Counted from the first letter of the stretch, positions 18,420 through 29,430 are shown. The stretch is DNA of 64,000 bases from Candidatus Altiarchaeales archaeon (GCA_014727915.1 WJMO01000006.1:130137-194136); one strand, 5' to 3'. Notes: generated by a model not told the origin, from the letters alone. Numbers and translations are program-made.

Positions 18420-19314
18420 TACAGTGATCGTGGGAGGGGGAATAGCAGGTTTGACCGCGGCACTGTACGCCTCAAGGAAGCGGATGGACTACCGCATAAT
18501 CTCCTCAGAGATGGGAGGCCAATTCTACGCCAGCGGGGAGATACTCAACTACCCCGGAGTCGTCGAAACCGACGGCGTTGAATTCCAGAAGACCATGGAA
18601 GAGCAGATGAGGAAAAACGACGTCGAAGTGGTCAGAGAGACAGTCGAGAAAGTGGAAAGGGCAGGAGAAGACTTCAACGTGATTACAGACAAGAGAGAAT
18701 ACGAGACGAAGACCGTAATATTAGCAACTGGAGCCCGCCCAAGGAAGCTTGGAGTCCCAGGGGAGGAGAAGCTCCTGAAGAAGGGCGTGACATACTGTAG
18801 CATATGCGACGGACCCCTCTTCAATGCCATGGACGTGGCAGTCATAGGCGGGGGAAACTCCGCACTGGAGGCGGTGGACTTCATAGGGGACATAGCATCC
18901 AAGATATACGTGCTGACGAACGAGGCGGAATTCAGAGCGCACGAATACCTCCAGGAAAAGGCAAAGGACAACCCAAAGGTGGAGGCAATGTTCAACGCAG
19001 ATATCAAGGAGATAGCAGGTGATGAGTTCGTCAATTCGTTGAAGTACGAGGCAGACGGCAGGGAGAGGACGATAGATGTGAAAGGCGTGATAATCGAGAT
19101 AGGCAGGACGCCGAACACTGAGAATTTCAAGGACCTGGTCGAAACAGACAATGAAGGCCACATAAAAGTTGACTGCCGCGCGCAGACCAGCACAGCCGGT
19201 GTGTTCGCAGCGGGAGACTGCACGGACGGGCACGAATACCAGTACGTGATAGCCGCAGGCCAGGGCTGCATGGCCCTTCTAAAGGCCGCACGCTACCTAG
19301 CGATGAACAGGTAA
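18412..19314 (+). CDS. trxB: Thioredoxin-disulfide reductase
   Basis: Two GxGxxG/A dinucleotide motifs and redox-active CSICDG. Confidence 0.85.
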   Translation: MHDTVIVGGGIAGLTAALYASRKRMDYRIISSEMGGQFYASGEILNYPGVVETDGVEFQKTMEEQMRKNDVEVVRETVEKVERAGEDFNVITDKREYETKTVILATGARPRKLGVPGEEKLLKKGVTYCSICDGPLFNAMDVAVIGGGNSALEAVDFIGDIASKIYVLTNEAEFRAHEYLQEKAKDNPKVEAMFNADIKEIAGDEFVNSLKYEADGRERTIDVKGVIIEIGRTPNTENFKDLVETDNEGHIKVDCRAQTSTAGVFAAGDCTDGHEYQYVIAAGQGCMALLKAARYLAMNR

Positions 19315-19335
19315 ATAACATATTAGGTGATGTAA

Positions 19336-19824
19336 ATGGGCACAAGAGGACGGGAAATCGTCGGTTTGGACGTTGAAAAGCTCATAGTAGAGCTGAACAG
19401 GGCATTGTCAGACGAATGGCTGGCATACTACCAGTACTGGATAGGGTCGAAAGTCGTTGTGGGCCCGATGAGGGACGCGGTCGTGGCGGAGCTGACAGAG
19501 CACGCTAACGACGAGCTAAGGCACGCCGGAATGCTCGCCGACAGGATAATGCAGTTGGAAGGCGCGCCAGTGCTGAAACCAGAGGAATGGTATGACATGT
19601 GCAACTGCGGATACGACAGCCCAGATGACCCAGCAGTCAGGAAGATACTAGACCAGAACATCAAAGGCGAGCAGTGCGCGATAGACGTGTACAACAAGAT
19701 CATGAAGATGACAGAGGGCAAAGACCCCATAACATACCAGATGGCCTTCGAAATCATGAGAGACGAGGTAGAGCACGAAGACGACCTGCAAGCCATCGCA
19801 GAGGATATCAAAGGAATCAAATGA
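19336..19824 (+). CDS. Ferritin-like/Dps-like diiron protein
   Basis: 162 aa; four-helix-bundle ferritin-like carboxylate/His pattern. Confidence 0.65.
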   Translation: MGTRGREIVGLDVEKLIVELNRALSDEWLAYYQYWIGSKVVVGPMRDAVVAELTEHANDELRHAGMLADRIMQLEGAPVLKPEEWYDMCNCGYDSPDDPAVRKILDQNIKGEQCAIDVYNKIMKMTEGKDPITYQMAFEIMRDEVEHEDDLQAIAEDIKGIK

Positions 19825-19835
19825 GGTGAAAAAGA

Positions 19836-20219
19836 ATGAGCACAAAAGAAAGGGGCGAAGTGTACAAGTGCAACGTCTGCGGCAACATCGTTGAGGTGCT
19901 GATCGTTGGCGGTGGAGAGCTAGTATGCTGCGAAAAGCCCATGGAACTTTTAGAGGAGAAGACAGAGGATGAGGGCAACGAAAAACACGTGCCAGTCATA
20001 GAGAAGACCGAGGACGGCGTTAAGGTGAAGGTCGGGAGCGTGCCACACCCCATGGAGGAAAAGCACCACATCCAATTTATCGAAGTGCACTCTGACGGGA
20101 TGATACACCGGAGATACCTGAAGGCAGGAGACAAGCCAGAAGCGGATTTCATACTGTCCTCGGAAGTGCAGAAGGCCCGGGAATACTGCAACATACACGG
20201 CCTCTGGGGTAGCGGATAA
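19836..20219 (+). CDS. dfx: Desulfoferrodoxin (2Fe superoxide reductase)
   Basis: N-terminal desulforedoxin motif CNVCGNIV...VCCEKPM; SOR domain KHVPVIE...HH...CNIHGLW. Confidence 0.85.
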   Translation: MSTKERGEVYKCNVCGNIVEVLIVGGGELVCCEKPMELLEEKTEDEGNEKHVPVIEKTEDGVKVKVGSVPHPMEEKHHIQFIEVHSDGMIHRRYLKAGDKPEADFILSSEVQKAREYCNIHGLWGSG

Positions 20220-20220
20220 G

Positions 20221-20367
20221 GTGACGGGAAAGAGGCACTGGCGTTGCAACGTCTGCAACGACATACACTACGGCAACGCAGGCCCCAAAGTCTGCCCTAC
20301 CTGCAACGTGGAGAACGCATACGTCGAGGTAGACACTGAAGAAGCCAGGAAAGTGATGGGACTATGA
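20221..20367 (+). CDS. Small rubredoxin-like zinc-ribbon protein (48 aa), not in ORF track
   Basis: GTG start 2 nt after dfx stop; WRCNVCNDIHYGNAGPKVCPTCN (CxxC-x16-CxxC); stop overlaps ATG of next gene (ATGA). Confidence 0.5.
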   Translation: MTGKRHWRCNVCNDIHYGNAGPKVCPTCNVENAYVEVDTEEARKVMGL

Positions 20368-20630
20368 ACAAGGAGGAACTGCTCGAGGCCTGGAAGAGGT
20401 TCACGGAAAAGAACGACTTCAGGCTGAACCCGGACAAGGAGCACGTGGACATGATACTGGACGGCGTTCTAGCTAACGAGAAGGAACACGGCCTGAAGCT
20501 CTGCCCCTGCAGGATCCGGGACGGCACCAGAGAAAGAGACCTTCAGCTCATCTGCCCCTGCAACTTCAAAACCCACGAAACATGGGCTGAGAAGGGACAA
20601 TGCTGGTGCGGGCTTTTCGTGAAAAGATGA
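20364..20630 (+). CDS. Ferredoxin:thioredoxin reductase catalytic-subunit-like protein
   Basis: CPC...CPC...CWC spacing characteristic of FTR catalytic subunit. Confidence 0.7.
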   Translation: MNKEELLEAWKRFTEKNDFRLNPDKEHVDMILDGVLANEKEHGLKLCPCRIRDGTRERDLQLICPCNFKTHETWAEKGQCWCGLFVKR

Positions 20631-20642
20631 GCCATGCACGCC

Positions 20643-21023
20643 CTAGGTTATGGCCATGTGGCATTGGGCCCTGACAGAAGGGTCCGATATCCTATCGCAT
20701 AGTTTACGGTTGCCAGTCGCCACCCCGACCCTGCCGATGCAAAGTTCCCTATGTTCCGGTACAGAGACCTTATCGCATATTTTAACGTCCATGAGCTCAG
20801 AGGCGGTGTTAATGTAACACAGGTCCTTGAGATTTCCCTCACGCCCCTCACACGCACCCGGGTCAGTGTACTCTGCAGTGGGCTCGCCCGCGTCATCTTC
20901 CGCCCGTGGGTCCTCTGGCATCATATTCGGCCTTGAAGGCACTGCAACGGCAGCCCCGCCAACACCCTCCCCTCCAATGCACCCGCATAAGAGCAGAATA
21001 GAGAGTACTGCGAAGAATCTCAT
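20643..21023 (-). CDS. Lipoprotein with cysteine-pair repeats (same family as 13452..14576)
   Basis: Signal peptide + CGC; DLCYINTAS...KICDKV...RELCIG...RKLCDRISDP...AQC. Confidence 0.5.
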   Translation of the reverse strand: MRFFAVLSILLLCGCIGGEGVGGAAVAVPSRPNMMPEDPRAEDDAGEPTAEYTDPGACEGREGNLKDLCYINTASELMDVKICDKVSVPEHRELCIGRVGVATGNRKLCDRISDPSVRAQCHMAIT

Positions 21024-21029
21024 AGCATA

Positions 21030-21587
21030 CTATTCGACATACCTGTTCTTATATGCGAACTCGCTGGCTTCCTTCCGGGGAGGCCTCTGCTTCTCCCCCA
21101 GTCTCTGCTTCTCGCTCAGATAGTCGGGGACGGACTCACTGTGCCTGCCCACAACCAACAAGGCTATGACCTCGTATTCGCCGGGTATGCCAAGAACCTC
21201 GCGCACCTTCTTGGGGCTGTAGCCCGCGATGGGATGGGCCACCAAACCTAGTTCGGTGGCTTGGAGGATCATGAAGGCCGTCGCCAAACCGACGTCGAAG
21301 TTGTTATAAACGCGATCCTTTATCACGCAGTCATCGTCTGGCTTGCTGAAGACAGCCACTATCAGCGAAGCCTCCCTAGCCCACCTATTGCCATCTGACA
21401 GGGCCCCATGAAGCTCGGACAACACCGCAGGATCGTATGCGAGCACGTAGCGCCAGGGCTGGTTGTTGTTGCAGGAGGGAGCGAGGCGGGCGGCAGACGC
21501 AAGATCATCGACCAACTCTTCCGTTACCTCGAACTTCTCCAGGGCACGGTAAGCCCTCCTCCCCTCAATGGCCTCGCGGACATCCAC
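21030..21587 (-). CDS. Nitroreductase-family protein
   Basis: 185 aa; nitroreductase-like FMN-binding pattern (RRAYRAL...PSCNNNQPW). Confidence 0.7.
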   Translation of the reverse strand: MDVREAIEGRRAYRALEKFEVTEELVDDLASAARLAPSCNNNQPWRYVLAYDPAVLSELHGALSDGNRWAREASLIVAVFSKPDDDCVIKDRVYNNFDVGLATAFMILQATELGLVAHPIAGYSPKKVREVLGIPGEYEVIALLVVGRHSESVPDYLSEKQRLGEKQRPPRKEASEFAYKNRYVE

Positions 21588-21588
21588 T

Positions 21589-22089
21589 TTACATCGTAAC
21601 GGTCTTGAAGTCGTGGAACTCCCCCGTTTCGGTCACGAACTCCGCCTCAGACTCGAGTATGGAACGGTGCTTCTCCTCCTCCTTGACCATCTTTTCGAAG
21701 AATATCTTGGACTCGTCGTCGGGGGCGTTCGCGGACATCCAATTGTAGAGGTCGATGCTGTTCTCCTCCGCCTTTATGGCGATGTTCAGCGCATCCAAGG
21801 CGTCAGCCATGTCGTCCAAGCTGCCGCCTGGAACTTTCTCCTCGAAGACGCCGCTAGGGTCGTATTCCTTCTTCGAATCCACGTACATGCAATACTGCTC
21901 GTCGTATAACCGCTTGTATACTTCAGCGATGTTGTTAAAATGCACCCGCTCCTCGGAGGCGAGATGCTCGAACATTGCACTACCGTCCTTGTTGTATGTC
22001 TTCTTCGCGCAGCCCAGGTAGAAAGCCTCACCCTCCAACTCCAGGTCCAACGCCCTGTTAAAACCCTCGCAAACGTCCTTCACATCCAT
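21589..22089 (-). CDS. Rubrerythrin-family ferritin-like diiron protein (no rubredoxin domain)
   Basis: E..E..H diiron pairs; ATG at 22089 preferred over TTG 22110; TATA-like box ~22 nt upstream. Confidence 0.65.
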   Translation of the reverse strand: MDVKDVCEGFNRALDLELEGEAFYLGCAKKTYNKDGSAMFEHLASEERVHFNNIAEVYKRLYDEQYCMYVDSKKEYDPSGVFEEKVPGGSLDDMADALDALNIAIKAEENSIDLYNWMSANAPDDESKIFFEKMVKEEEKHRSILESEAEFVTETGEFHDFKTVTM

Positions 22090-22244
22090 TTTGAAACCAC
22101 ATTTTTTCAAATTTTTTAAAATATTTCCGAATTATTTAGGAATTTCCCAAAACAATTTATAACCCGTAGGGTATATAAAAGACTTGGTATGCGCGGAGTT
22201 ACCTGGTTCTATTTTAAAAGAGAACCACATCTGATTAAAACACG

Positions 22245-22826
22245 ATGAAACAGGCCATGACCGTCCTTTTGATGTTTTCGCTGGTGTCCATGTCGTCCGC
22301 CCAGTGGAGCGACTGCCCCTTCGACATAGTGAACGACAGCTCGCCGGGACTCTGCGGCCGATACGTCGACACCGGAGGGGACAGCATATGCGACCGCAGC
22401 CAACCATACCCGGAAGAGACCACCCCCGACTCGGAGGATGGTGAAACCCGAGGAGACGAGGTTTTGAAGTCCCAGCTGATCCCTACGATAAGCAGGAACC
22501 AGAACGCCAGGAAAGTCTACAACATGATACCTTTGGTCATATTCCTAACAGTAGTATACCTGGTGACCCTGAGGGCGGCGGACAGGGGCACAATATCACT
22601 AAGAACCCACAGGAGGATATGGAACGTGATGCTGCTGATCTCGTTCCTAGTATCCGGCCTGCTGGGAGTCCTGCTGGTGCTCAGGATAAACTATGGGATA
22701 ATCATACAACCACCATTCAACATGCTATACTGGCATGTGGAAGCCGGGATAGCTATGGCTACCGTCTCCATCTTCCATATACTCTGGCACATCCAATACT
22801 TCAAGTCCATTCTGTCGAAACCCTAG
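22245..22826 (+). CDS. Membrane protein with N-terminal Cys-rich extracytoplasmic motif, hypothetical
   Basis: Signal peptide, CPFDIVNDSSPGLCGRYVDTGGDSICD, then TM helices. Confidence 0.45.
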   Translation: MKQAMTVLLMFSLVSMSSAQWSDCPFDIVNDSSPGLCGRYVDTGGDSICDRSQPYPEETTPDSEDGETRGDEVLKSQLIPTISRNQNARKVYNMIPLVIFLTVVYLVTLRAADRGTISLRTHRRIWNVMLLISFLVSGLLGVLLVLRINYGIIIQPPFNMLYWHVEAGIAMATVSIFHILWHIQYFKSILSKP

Positions 22827-22870
22827 CCATTTATAGTCTCGGCGCCAATGGGTTAAACGGGGTGTGAAGG

Positions 22871-23518
22871 TTGGGCGAAGTCATCGTTTTCACGAAGGTC
22901 CCCGAGAGGGGTTATGTGAAGACGAAACTGCAGAAGGAGCTACAATCCCATGTAGTCGAAGAGCTCTATACGGCATTGCTGAAAGACGCTTTGGAAAAGC
23001 TCGGGGATTACACCCCATATGTGGCCTACTATCCTGAGCGGAAGCAGCAGATGCTCTGGACCATACTAGGGGACAGGAACTACATAGTCCAAAGGGGTAA
23101 GGGCATGTGGGAGCGGATAGTCAACGTCTTCAACGACTTCTACAGGATGGGATTCGACTACGTGGCGGCTGTTAACTGCGACGCCCCGTCTCTGACGAAG
23201 GGGCATGTTGAAGAGGCTTTTGCCCTGATGAGGGACAACGACCTAGTGCTAGGACCCGCCTATGACGGAGGGTTCTATCTGATCGGCGGCAGGGGTTTGA
23301 AACAGGGTTTGTTCGAGGGAGCAGAGTGGAAATCGAGGAACGCATTGGAGACGATCGCAGAGAACGCCCGCAAACAGGGTTTGAATGTGGCCTACACCGA
23401 GAGATTGAGGGACATAGACACTCCGGAGGACGTTAAAGCCGTGTGGGAGAGCCAGAAACTTGACAAGAACGGGAAAACCTATGAGATACTTGCCAGGATA
23501 AACAAACAAATCGGTTGA
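22871..23518 (+). CDS. DUF2064-like nucleotidyltransferase-fold protein
   Basis: IVFTKVPERGYVKTKL N-terminus and DIDTPEDV near C-terminus. Confidence 0.5.
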   Translation: MGEVIVFTKVPERGYVKTKLQKELQSHVVEELYTALLKDALEKLGDYTPYVAYYPERKQQMLWTILGDRNYIVQRGKGMWERIVNVFNDFYRMGFDYVAAVNCDAPSLTKGHVEEAFALMRDNDLVLGPAYDGGFYLIGGRGLKQGLFEGAEWKSRNALETIAENARKQGLNVAYTERLRDIDTPEDVKAVWESQKLDKNGKTYEILARINKQIG

Positions 23519-23587
23519 ACACCCCCCCCCACGATAACCTCAAGGTTACTATCAAGTATTTTAAACGCTCCTGCCATATCTCAGTCT

Positions 23588-24067
23588 ATGGGCAGATTGC
23601 TGGCATTCCTCATCCTAGCTTCGCTCATTGCGAGCGGATGCCTTGATAGCACCAGCGAAAACAGAAGAGACGCGGTCGAGACGCCTGCAACCCACGGTAA
23701 AGAGCCCGCCACAAACACTGAAGTTATGATCCCTGAGATAGACGGTTCCAAACACTACACTGAAGTTGACGCCCGCCAGGCCAAGAGGATATACGATGAA
23801 GTCGAAGGCGTTGTTGTTGTTGACGTCAGGGGATGGCCGCTCTACGACGCGGGACACATACCAGGAGCCATAAACATTCCCGAGAAGGAGGTCGAAGGCC
23901 TGGGCTCACTGGACAAGGAAGCAACGTACCTGATATACTGCGGCGGGAACGGGCAGAGCATACGCGTAGGGGAGGAGATGGGCAGGAGAGGGTTCAAGAA
24001 CGTCTACAGGCTAGTGGACGGGTACGCCGCCTGGAGGAGGGAGGGATACCCGAAGGAGAAGACCTAA
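23588..24067 (+). CDS. Rhodanese-domain sulfurtransferase, lipoprotein
   Basis: Signal peptide + SGC; rhodanese fold with active-site loop YCGGNGQS. Confidence 0.65.
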   Translation: MGRLLAFLILASLIASGCLDSTSENRRDAVETPATHGKEPATNTEVMIPEIDGSKHYTEVDARQAKRIYDEVEGVVVVDVRGWPLYDAGHIPGAINIPEKEVEGLGSLDKEATYLIYCGGNGQSIRVGEEMGRRGFKNVYRLVDGYAAWRREGYPKEKT

Positions 24068-24079
24068 AAGACCGGTTGA

Positions 24080-25414
24080 TCACTTAGTATATCCCTTTCG
24101 TTTCTCTCTTGTTATCTGCTTGCTGCGTTCCACCTGCGGCTGGTCCACCGGGTTGACATCCCTAACTAGGGCGGGATACACACCGAAGGCATAGTGGCTG
24201 AAAGCTAGCAGGGAGCCAACCGTCTTCGCTGTCATCTCCTTGACCTCGACCGTCACATGAGATATACCACGTTCACCAGCCTCCTCTCGGGTGCCCTCGT
24301 ATTCGAACAGCAAGGCCTTCTCCAAGGGAACCCCATCACCTGCCTTCAAGCCGGTGGAGTCGGGCGCTTTAAGGGTGAAGAATAATACTGCCATGTCCTG
24401 CTTTCCGCCGAACAGCCTTTGGTTGGTGTGATGCTGGGACTCGGGAGCAGAAGCAGCCAGAATGGTCTGCCCAGCCCCGGACTTGCAGCTGCTCTCGTGC
24501 AATAGCTGAACGATAAGGTGGGCGAAGCCATCGAAACGGTGTGAGTACATGGGCGCGAACAACGTGTTCTTACCCTCCCCTTCAAGAGCGTACAATACAG
24601 CGGCAAGGAATAATGCGGGGTTATTGCCTGCAGCGACCTTCGGCCCGATTTTCTCGTATGCTTCGCAAGCGCCGGCGTCTATCTTCTCCAGATCCTCCAA
24701 GCCCAACCCCAGAAGGGCCAGGGGGAGCATCCCGGAGGGTGTTCGTCCACTGTACCGGCCGCCAATCGGCGGATGATCGAGCGAGACCCTGTCAGCCGCC
24801 CCGCCAGTGAAAGACTTTAGCATCTTATACAATGGCCTGCTCTCGTCTTTTGCCGTTACCGCAGCCAGGTTGTATGACTTGAACTGTGAGAACGCGTCCA
24901 ACACCCCCTGCGTAGACCCTGACTTGCTGACAGCCAATACTACGGTCTCGTCTTCGCTGCATGCCCCCTTCAGATATGATATGTAGTCGGGGTCCATTGT
25001 GTCCAGGATGTGAAGTCTGCCATAGCCCGTTGAGAACTTCATAAGCGCATCATATAGTGCATGGCATGTGCTGACGGAGCCGCCGTTACCCACTAGTATG
25101 AGATCGTGTACCGCGTCCATCGAGTAGGCGTCCTTTATGCGCTCGGAGGCTATGTATACGGCTTGCATGTCAGCCTCGTACCCGTGGAAGCGGAGAAGCC
25201 CATCCTCTATGAGGTGGTTGTCTATCACGTCCAGCCGCTCCTCCTGACCGGAGGATATGAGTTGTTTATCACTACGGAAAAGGTAGCCTGTCCTTAGCTG
25301 CTGGGGTATCCTGTCCAACTGCGGGGCTGCAATGTCAAGAGGGTCCCGACCCCCAAAATCCAAACCTTTGAAATCAAGCCTTAAGCCGTTCAAGACCCTG
25401 TTGCCTGCTGGCAT
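24080..25414 (-). CDS. pgi: Glucose-6-phosphate isomerase
   Basis: 444 aa; PGI signature-like IGGRYSGRTPSGMLPLA. Confidence 0.7.
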   Translation of the reverse strand: MPAGNRVLNGLRLDFKGLDFGGRDPLDIAAPQLDRIPQQLRTGYLFRSDKQLISSGQEERLDVIDNHLIEDGLLRFHGYEADMQAVYIASERIKDAYSMDAVHDLILVGNGGSVSTCHALYDALMKFSTGYGRLHILDTMDPDYISYLKGACSEDETVVLAVSKSGSTQGVLDAFSQFKSYNLAAVTAKDESRPLYKMLKSFTGGAADRVSLDHPPIGGRYSGRTPSGMLPLALLGLGLEDLEKIDAGACEAYEKIGPKVAAGNNPALFLAAVLYALEGEGKNTLFAPMYSHRFDGFAHLIVQLLHESSCKSGAGQTILAASAPESQHHTNQRLFGGKQDMAVLFFTLKAPDSTGLKAGDGVPLEKALLFEYEGTREEAGERGISHVTVEVKEMTAKTVGSLLAFSHYAFGVYPALVRDVNPVDQPQVERSKQITREKRKGYTK

Positions 25415-25470
25415 CGGGTTAGTAATGGTATGGGGTAGAAATAAATATCCGAAGGTGCTAGAGGTATGTT

Positions 25471-26097
25471 ATGAGAAAGCTGCTTAGGGAGATCGAATCC
25501 CTAAAGGCTTCGCCCGTCGGCGATAGCATACGTGAGAGGATGGGAGAGTTCGAATCCTGCGGCAGGGAAGACTGTTGCACCCTGTTCAAAGAGCTGTGCT
25601 TCTGCATACTCACGGCGAACTTCACGGCCGAACGGTCCATCAGGATACAAGAGGCAGTCGGCGACGGCTTCATCAATCTATCGGAGAAGAAGCTGGCCAA
25701 GAAGCTGAGGGAACTGGGTCACAGGTTCCCGAACGCCCGCGCAGGATACATCGTGTCGGCGAGGAAGCACAAGAAGCCACTAGAGAAGGCGTTGAAATCC
25801 TTCAAGGACGAAACTGACCTGAGGGATTGGCTGGCCGAGAACGTCAAAGGCCTGGGCTACAAGGAGGCTAGCCACTTCCTGAGGAACGTAGGGTTCAAGA
25901 ACGTGGCGATAATTGACTTCCACATAGTGGACCTGCTGGTTAAGCACGAGCTCATAGATAGGCCGAATACTATGACGAAGAGGAGATACCTTGAGGTGGA
26001 GGAGGTGTTGAAGAGGATAGCAGAGGAGGCAGGCGTGACCCTTGCCGAGCTGGACCTCTACCTATGGTACATGGAGACCGGCAGGATATTAAAGTGA
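25471..26097 (+). CDS. 8-oxoguanine DNA glycosylase/AP lyase, Ogg2-type (HhH-GPD)
   Basis: 208 aa; FCILTANFTAE block and HhH region. Confidence 0.65.
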   Translation: MRKLLREIESLKASPVGDSIRERMGEFESCGREDCCTLFKELCFCILTANFTAERSIRIQEAVGDGFINLSEKKLAKKLRELGHRFPNARAGYIVSARKHKKPLEKALKSFKDETDLRDWLAENVKGLGYKEASHFLRNVGFKNVAIIDFHIVDLLVKHELIDRPNTMTKRRYLEVEEVLKRIAEEAGVTLAELDLYLWYMETGRILK

Positions 26098-26115
26098 GAG
26101 AGGATAATCAATTAC

Positions 26116-26985
26116 ATGGTGGATGACAGTATCAGAGAAGACATCCTGAAAGCCCAGGAGAACGAGATAACGGAGTACCTCATCTACAGGAGACTTGCGG
26201 AAGCCACCAGCGACCGGAAAAACAGCGAATTGCTTAGGAGGATAGGCGAGGACGAGCTGGCCCACTATGAATTCTGGCGAGATCACAGCGGAGAGGACGT
26301 TAAACCCGACACGTTCAAGGTGTGGCGATACACCATGGCCGCTAAGCTGTTGGGTCTGACGTTCGCGGTGAAGCTGATGGAGCAGGGTGAGGAACGGGCG
26401 CAGATAGCATACGATGATATCTCAAAGCACATCCCAGAAGCTGCTAGGATAATCGAGGAGGAGGACGAGCATGAAGGGCAGCTGCTGGGCATGTTGGACG
26501 AGGAGAGGCTGAGGTACATGGGGTCTGTCGTGCTGGGACTGAACGACGCCCTCGTGGAGTTGACCGGCGCACTGGCAGGGTTCACACTCGCCTTCCAGGA
26601 CAGCAGACTAGTTGCTGTTACGGGTTTGATAATGGGTTTCGCGGCGTCGCTTTCCATGGCAGCCAGCGAGTACCTGGCAACCAAGTCGGAGGATGATGGC
26701 AAACACCCGGTTAAAGCCTCGGTGTACACCGGCTCCGCTTATGTGCTGACCGTGGCGCTTCTGATACTGCCCTACCTAGCATTAACCAACATCTACCTGA
26801 GCCTGGCGTTCACGTTGGTGAACGCAATCCTGGTGATCGCGTTCTTCACATTCTACATCTCAGTCGCGAAGGACCTAAGCTTCAGAGAGCGGTTCCTGGA
26901 GATGGCGGGCATCAGCATGGGAGTGGCCCTGCTCACCTTCATAATCGGGTACGCTGTAAGGTCCGTGTTCGGAGTCGACTTCTAA
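26116..26985 (+). CDS. VIT1/CCC1-family Fe/Mn transporter with N-terminal ferritin-like domain
   Basis: Ferritin-like (E...EDEHEGQ) N-terminus fused to VIT1-type TM domain. Confidence 0.7.
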   Translation: MVDDSIREDILKAQENEITEYLIYRRLAEATSDRKNSELLRRIGEDELAHYEFWRDHSGEDVKPDTFKVWRYTMAAKLLGLTFAVKLMEQGEERAQIAYDDISKHIPEAARIIEEEDEHEGQLLGMLDEERLRYMGSVVLGLNDALVELTGALAGFTLAFQDSRLVAVTGLIMGFAASLSMAASEYLATKSEDDGKHPVKASVYTGSAYVLTVALLILPYLALTNIYLSLAFTLVNAILVIAFFTFYISVAKDLSFRERFLEMAGISMGVALLTFIIGYAVRSVFGVDF

Positions 26986-29426
26986 AACTTTTTGATCTTC
27001 GCCCTCCGCAGCATGTTCGCGTTGGTCACCACCGTTATGGAGCTGGTCGCCATGGCAATCTCGGCTATCACCGGATGGGCCAAACCAAGCACCGCCGCCG
27101 GCAGGGCTATAAGGTTGTAGAAGAACGCCCAGAAGAGGTTCTGCTTGATCTTGGAGAACGTAGCCCGCGAAAGTTTAACTGCCGTGACAACCGACGACAG
27201 TTCCCCGCGTACGAGAGTCACGTCCGCTGCTTCGATCGCTATGTCCGTGCCGGTCCCGATGGCTATGCCGACGTCAGCTTGGGTAAGTGCTGGGGCGTCG
27301 TTTATGCCGTCGCCGACCATCGCTACAACACCGCTCTCCCTCTGCAACCTCTTTATCTCATCTACCTTGCCGTCTGGCAGGACCTCCGCCAGAACACGTT
27401 CTATGCCCGCCCTCTCAGCTATGGCCTCAGCGGTCCTCTGGTTGTCGCCGGTTATCATTGCAGGCTCCAGTCCGAGAGCCTTCAGCTCGGCTATGGCCTC
27501 CACCGAGTCCTCCTTCAATGTGTCGGCAACCGCGATAACACCAGCCAGTTCACCGTCCACCGCGACGAACATGGCGGTTTTAGCCTCTCCCTCGAGCCTC
27601 TGGACCTCTTCGACCGCAGGATAAACGTCAACGCCCGCATCGGACATGAGACGCCGGCTGCCAACGTGAACCACCTTCCCGCTGACCTCTGCCCGGACTC
27701 CCTTGCCGGACACGGACTCGAAGCCGGTGATGTCCCTGAGTTCCGCCGAATCCGCCCGGGCCTTCTCTACTATCGCCTCGCCCAGAGGATGCTCCGAGCC
27801 GGACTCGACACTGGCCGCAAGAGAAATCAAACCACCAGCCCCGCCGTTAAATGGTATCACATCGGTCACCTCGGGCTTTCCCTTGGTTATGGTGCCGGTC
27901 TTGTCGAATACTATGGATCTAACGTCCTTCAACGCCTGCATGGCAGCGCCATTCCTTATTAGTACTCCGTTCTCAGCCCCCATCCCACTGCCGACCATCA
28001 GCGCCGTGGGGGTCGCGAGGCCGAGCGCGCAAGGGCATGCGATCACAAAGACCGCCACAGTGGCGAATACCGCGAGAGAAACCGAATCGTGAGTCAAGTC
28101 AACCCAAGGAAGATAATCCTGGAGGAGGCCTGCGCCGACCTTCATTGTGCCGGGAAACAGCATCCAGGAGGAGAAAGTCAGCAACGCCACAACCACCACT
28201 ACCGGCACGAACACGCCAGTGACCCTGTCTGCGAACTCCTGTATCGGCACCTTCGTTCCCTGAGCCTCCTCGACCATGCGGATGACATTAGCAAGGAACG
28301 TGTCCTTACCCACCCTGGTGGCTCGGACCTTCAAAAGGCCGTTCTGGTTCACCGTCGAACCAATGACCTCATCGCCTGCGTTCTTGGCGACCGGCATGGA
28401 CTCTCCCGTGGCCATGCTCTCGTCCACGGAACTCGAACCGTCGAAGACCACCCCGTCAGTTGGTATCTTCTCCCCCGGGCGGACGACCATGACATCACCC
28501 ACAGCAACATCCTTCAGCTGAACCTCTTTTTCAACCCCGTCAACGATTACACGGGCCGTCTTAGCCTCCAGTTTCAATAGCTTCTTGATCGCCTGGGACG
28601 CCCTGCCCTTCGCCCTCGCCTCAATGTACCTGCCGGTGAGGTGGAAGCTCATTATCATCGCCGAAACACCAGCGTAGTTCAATATGGGAGTGAAAAGAAC
28701 CGCGACACCCGTGAGATACGAAGACAATGTCCCCATGGCTATGAGAACGTCCATGTTGCCGCTACCATGCCGGACCGAGTTCAAGGCGCTCTTGTAGGTG
28801 GAGGAGCCGGCCCACGCGAGGACGGGAGCCGCCAACACGACCATTCCAATGTTGAACACCCGCATGTTGGGCCATGCTACCCCAATGAACATCTCGGGGA
28901 TCATCCACACCATTATCGGGACCGTGAACGCCCATGCGATGAACGCCCTCCTCCGCGCCTCGGAGTATTCGCCATCCTCGTCCTCTTCGACTTCCTCGTC
29001 TTCCACTACCTCGAAGCCAGCCGCTTCAACAGCCGATTTAAGCTCATCATAGCCGACCTTGACAGGGTCATAGTTGACGGTCGCCCTTTCGCTCGCGAAG
29101 TTCACGACCGCATCCACACCATCCAGTTTTTTCAGAGCATCCTCGGTGTTCTTGGCGCAGCTAGCACAGTGCATCCCCTTGACCTTGAAGGTTAATTTTC
29201 GATTGTCAGCTTCCTCCACGTCGTAGCCCGCGTCTTCAACGCGCTTCCTGATATCTTCCCCTCCGACCTTGTCAGGGTCGAATTCGACATATGCCTTCTC
29301 AGAGGCGTAGTTGACATTGGCGGATGAGATGCCATCCAGCTTCTTCAACGCCTTCTCTATGTTAGCGGCGCAACCCGCACAGTGCATTCCCTTAACCTTG
29401 AACGACTTCTTCATCATCTTATCCAA
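26982..29426 (-). CDS. copA: Heavy-metal (copper-type) P1B-type ATPase with two N-terminal HMA domains
   Basis: GMHCAGCA and GMHCASCA metal-binding motifs, [22 protein letters not shown]. Confidence 0.9.
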   Translation of the reverse strand: MDKMMKKSFKVKGMHCAGCAANIEKALKKLDGISSANVNYASEKAYVEFDPDKVGGEDIRKRVEDAGYDVEEADNRKLTFKVKGMHCASCAKNTEDALKKLDGVDAVVNFASERATVNYDPVKVGYDELKSAVEAAGFEVVEDEEVEEDEDGEYSEARRRAFIAWAFTVPIMVWMIPEMFIGVAWPNMRVFNIGMVVLAAPVLAWAGSSTYKSALNSVRHGSGNMDVLIAMGTLSSYLTGVAVLFTPILNYAGVSAMIMSFHLTGRYIEARAKGRASQAIKKLLKLEAKTARVIVDGVEKEVQLKDVAVGDVMVVRPGEKIPTDGVVFDGSSSVDESMATGESMPVAKNAGDEVIGSTVNQNGLLKVRATRVGKDTFLANVIRMVEEAQGTKVPIQEFADRVTGVFVPVVVVVALLTFSSWMLFPGTMKVGAGLLQDYLPWVDLTHDSVSLAVFATVAVFVIACPCALGLATPTALMVGSGMGAENGVLIRNGAAMQALKDVRSIVFDKTGTITKGKPEVTDVIPFNGGAGGLISLAASVESGSEHPLGEAIVEKARADSAELRDITGFESVSGKGVRAEVSGKVVHVGSRRLMSDAGVDVYPAVEEVQRLEGEAKTAMFVAVDGELAGVIAVADTLKEDSVEAIAELKALGLEPAMITGDNQRTAEAIAERAGIERVLAEVLPDGKVDEIKRLQRESGVVAMVGDGINDAPALTQADVGIAIGTGTDIAIEAADVTLVRGELSSVVTAVKLSRATFSKIKQNLFWAFFYNLIALPAAVLGLAHPVIAEIAMATSSITVVTNANMLRRAKIKKF

Positions 29427-29430
29427 CCCC

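Noticed and set aside
27075-29195. Multiple long plus-strand ORFs inside the copA region (27075..27962, 28089..28580, 28641..29195 and others)
   Set aside because: They are antisense to a P-type ATPase gene with unambiguous motifs; GC-rich antisense frames commonly stay open.
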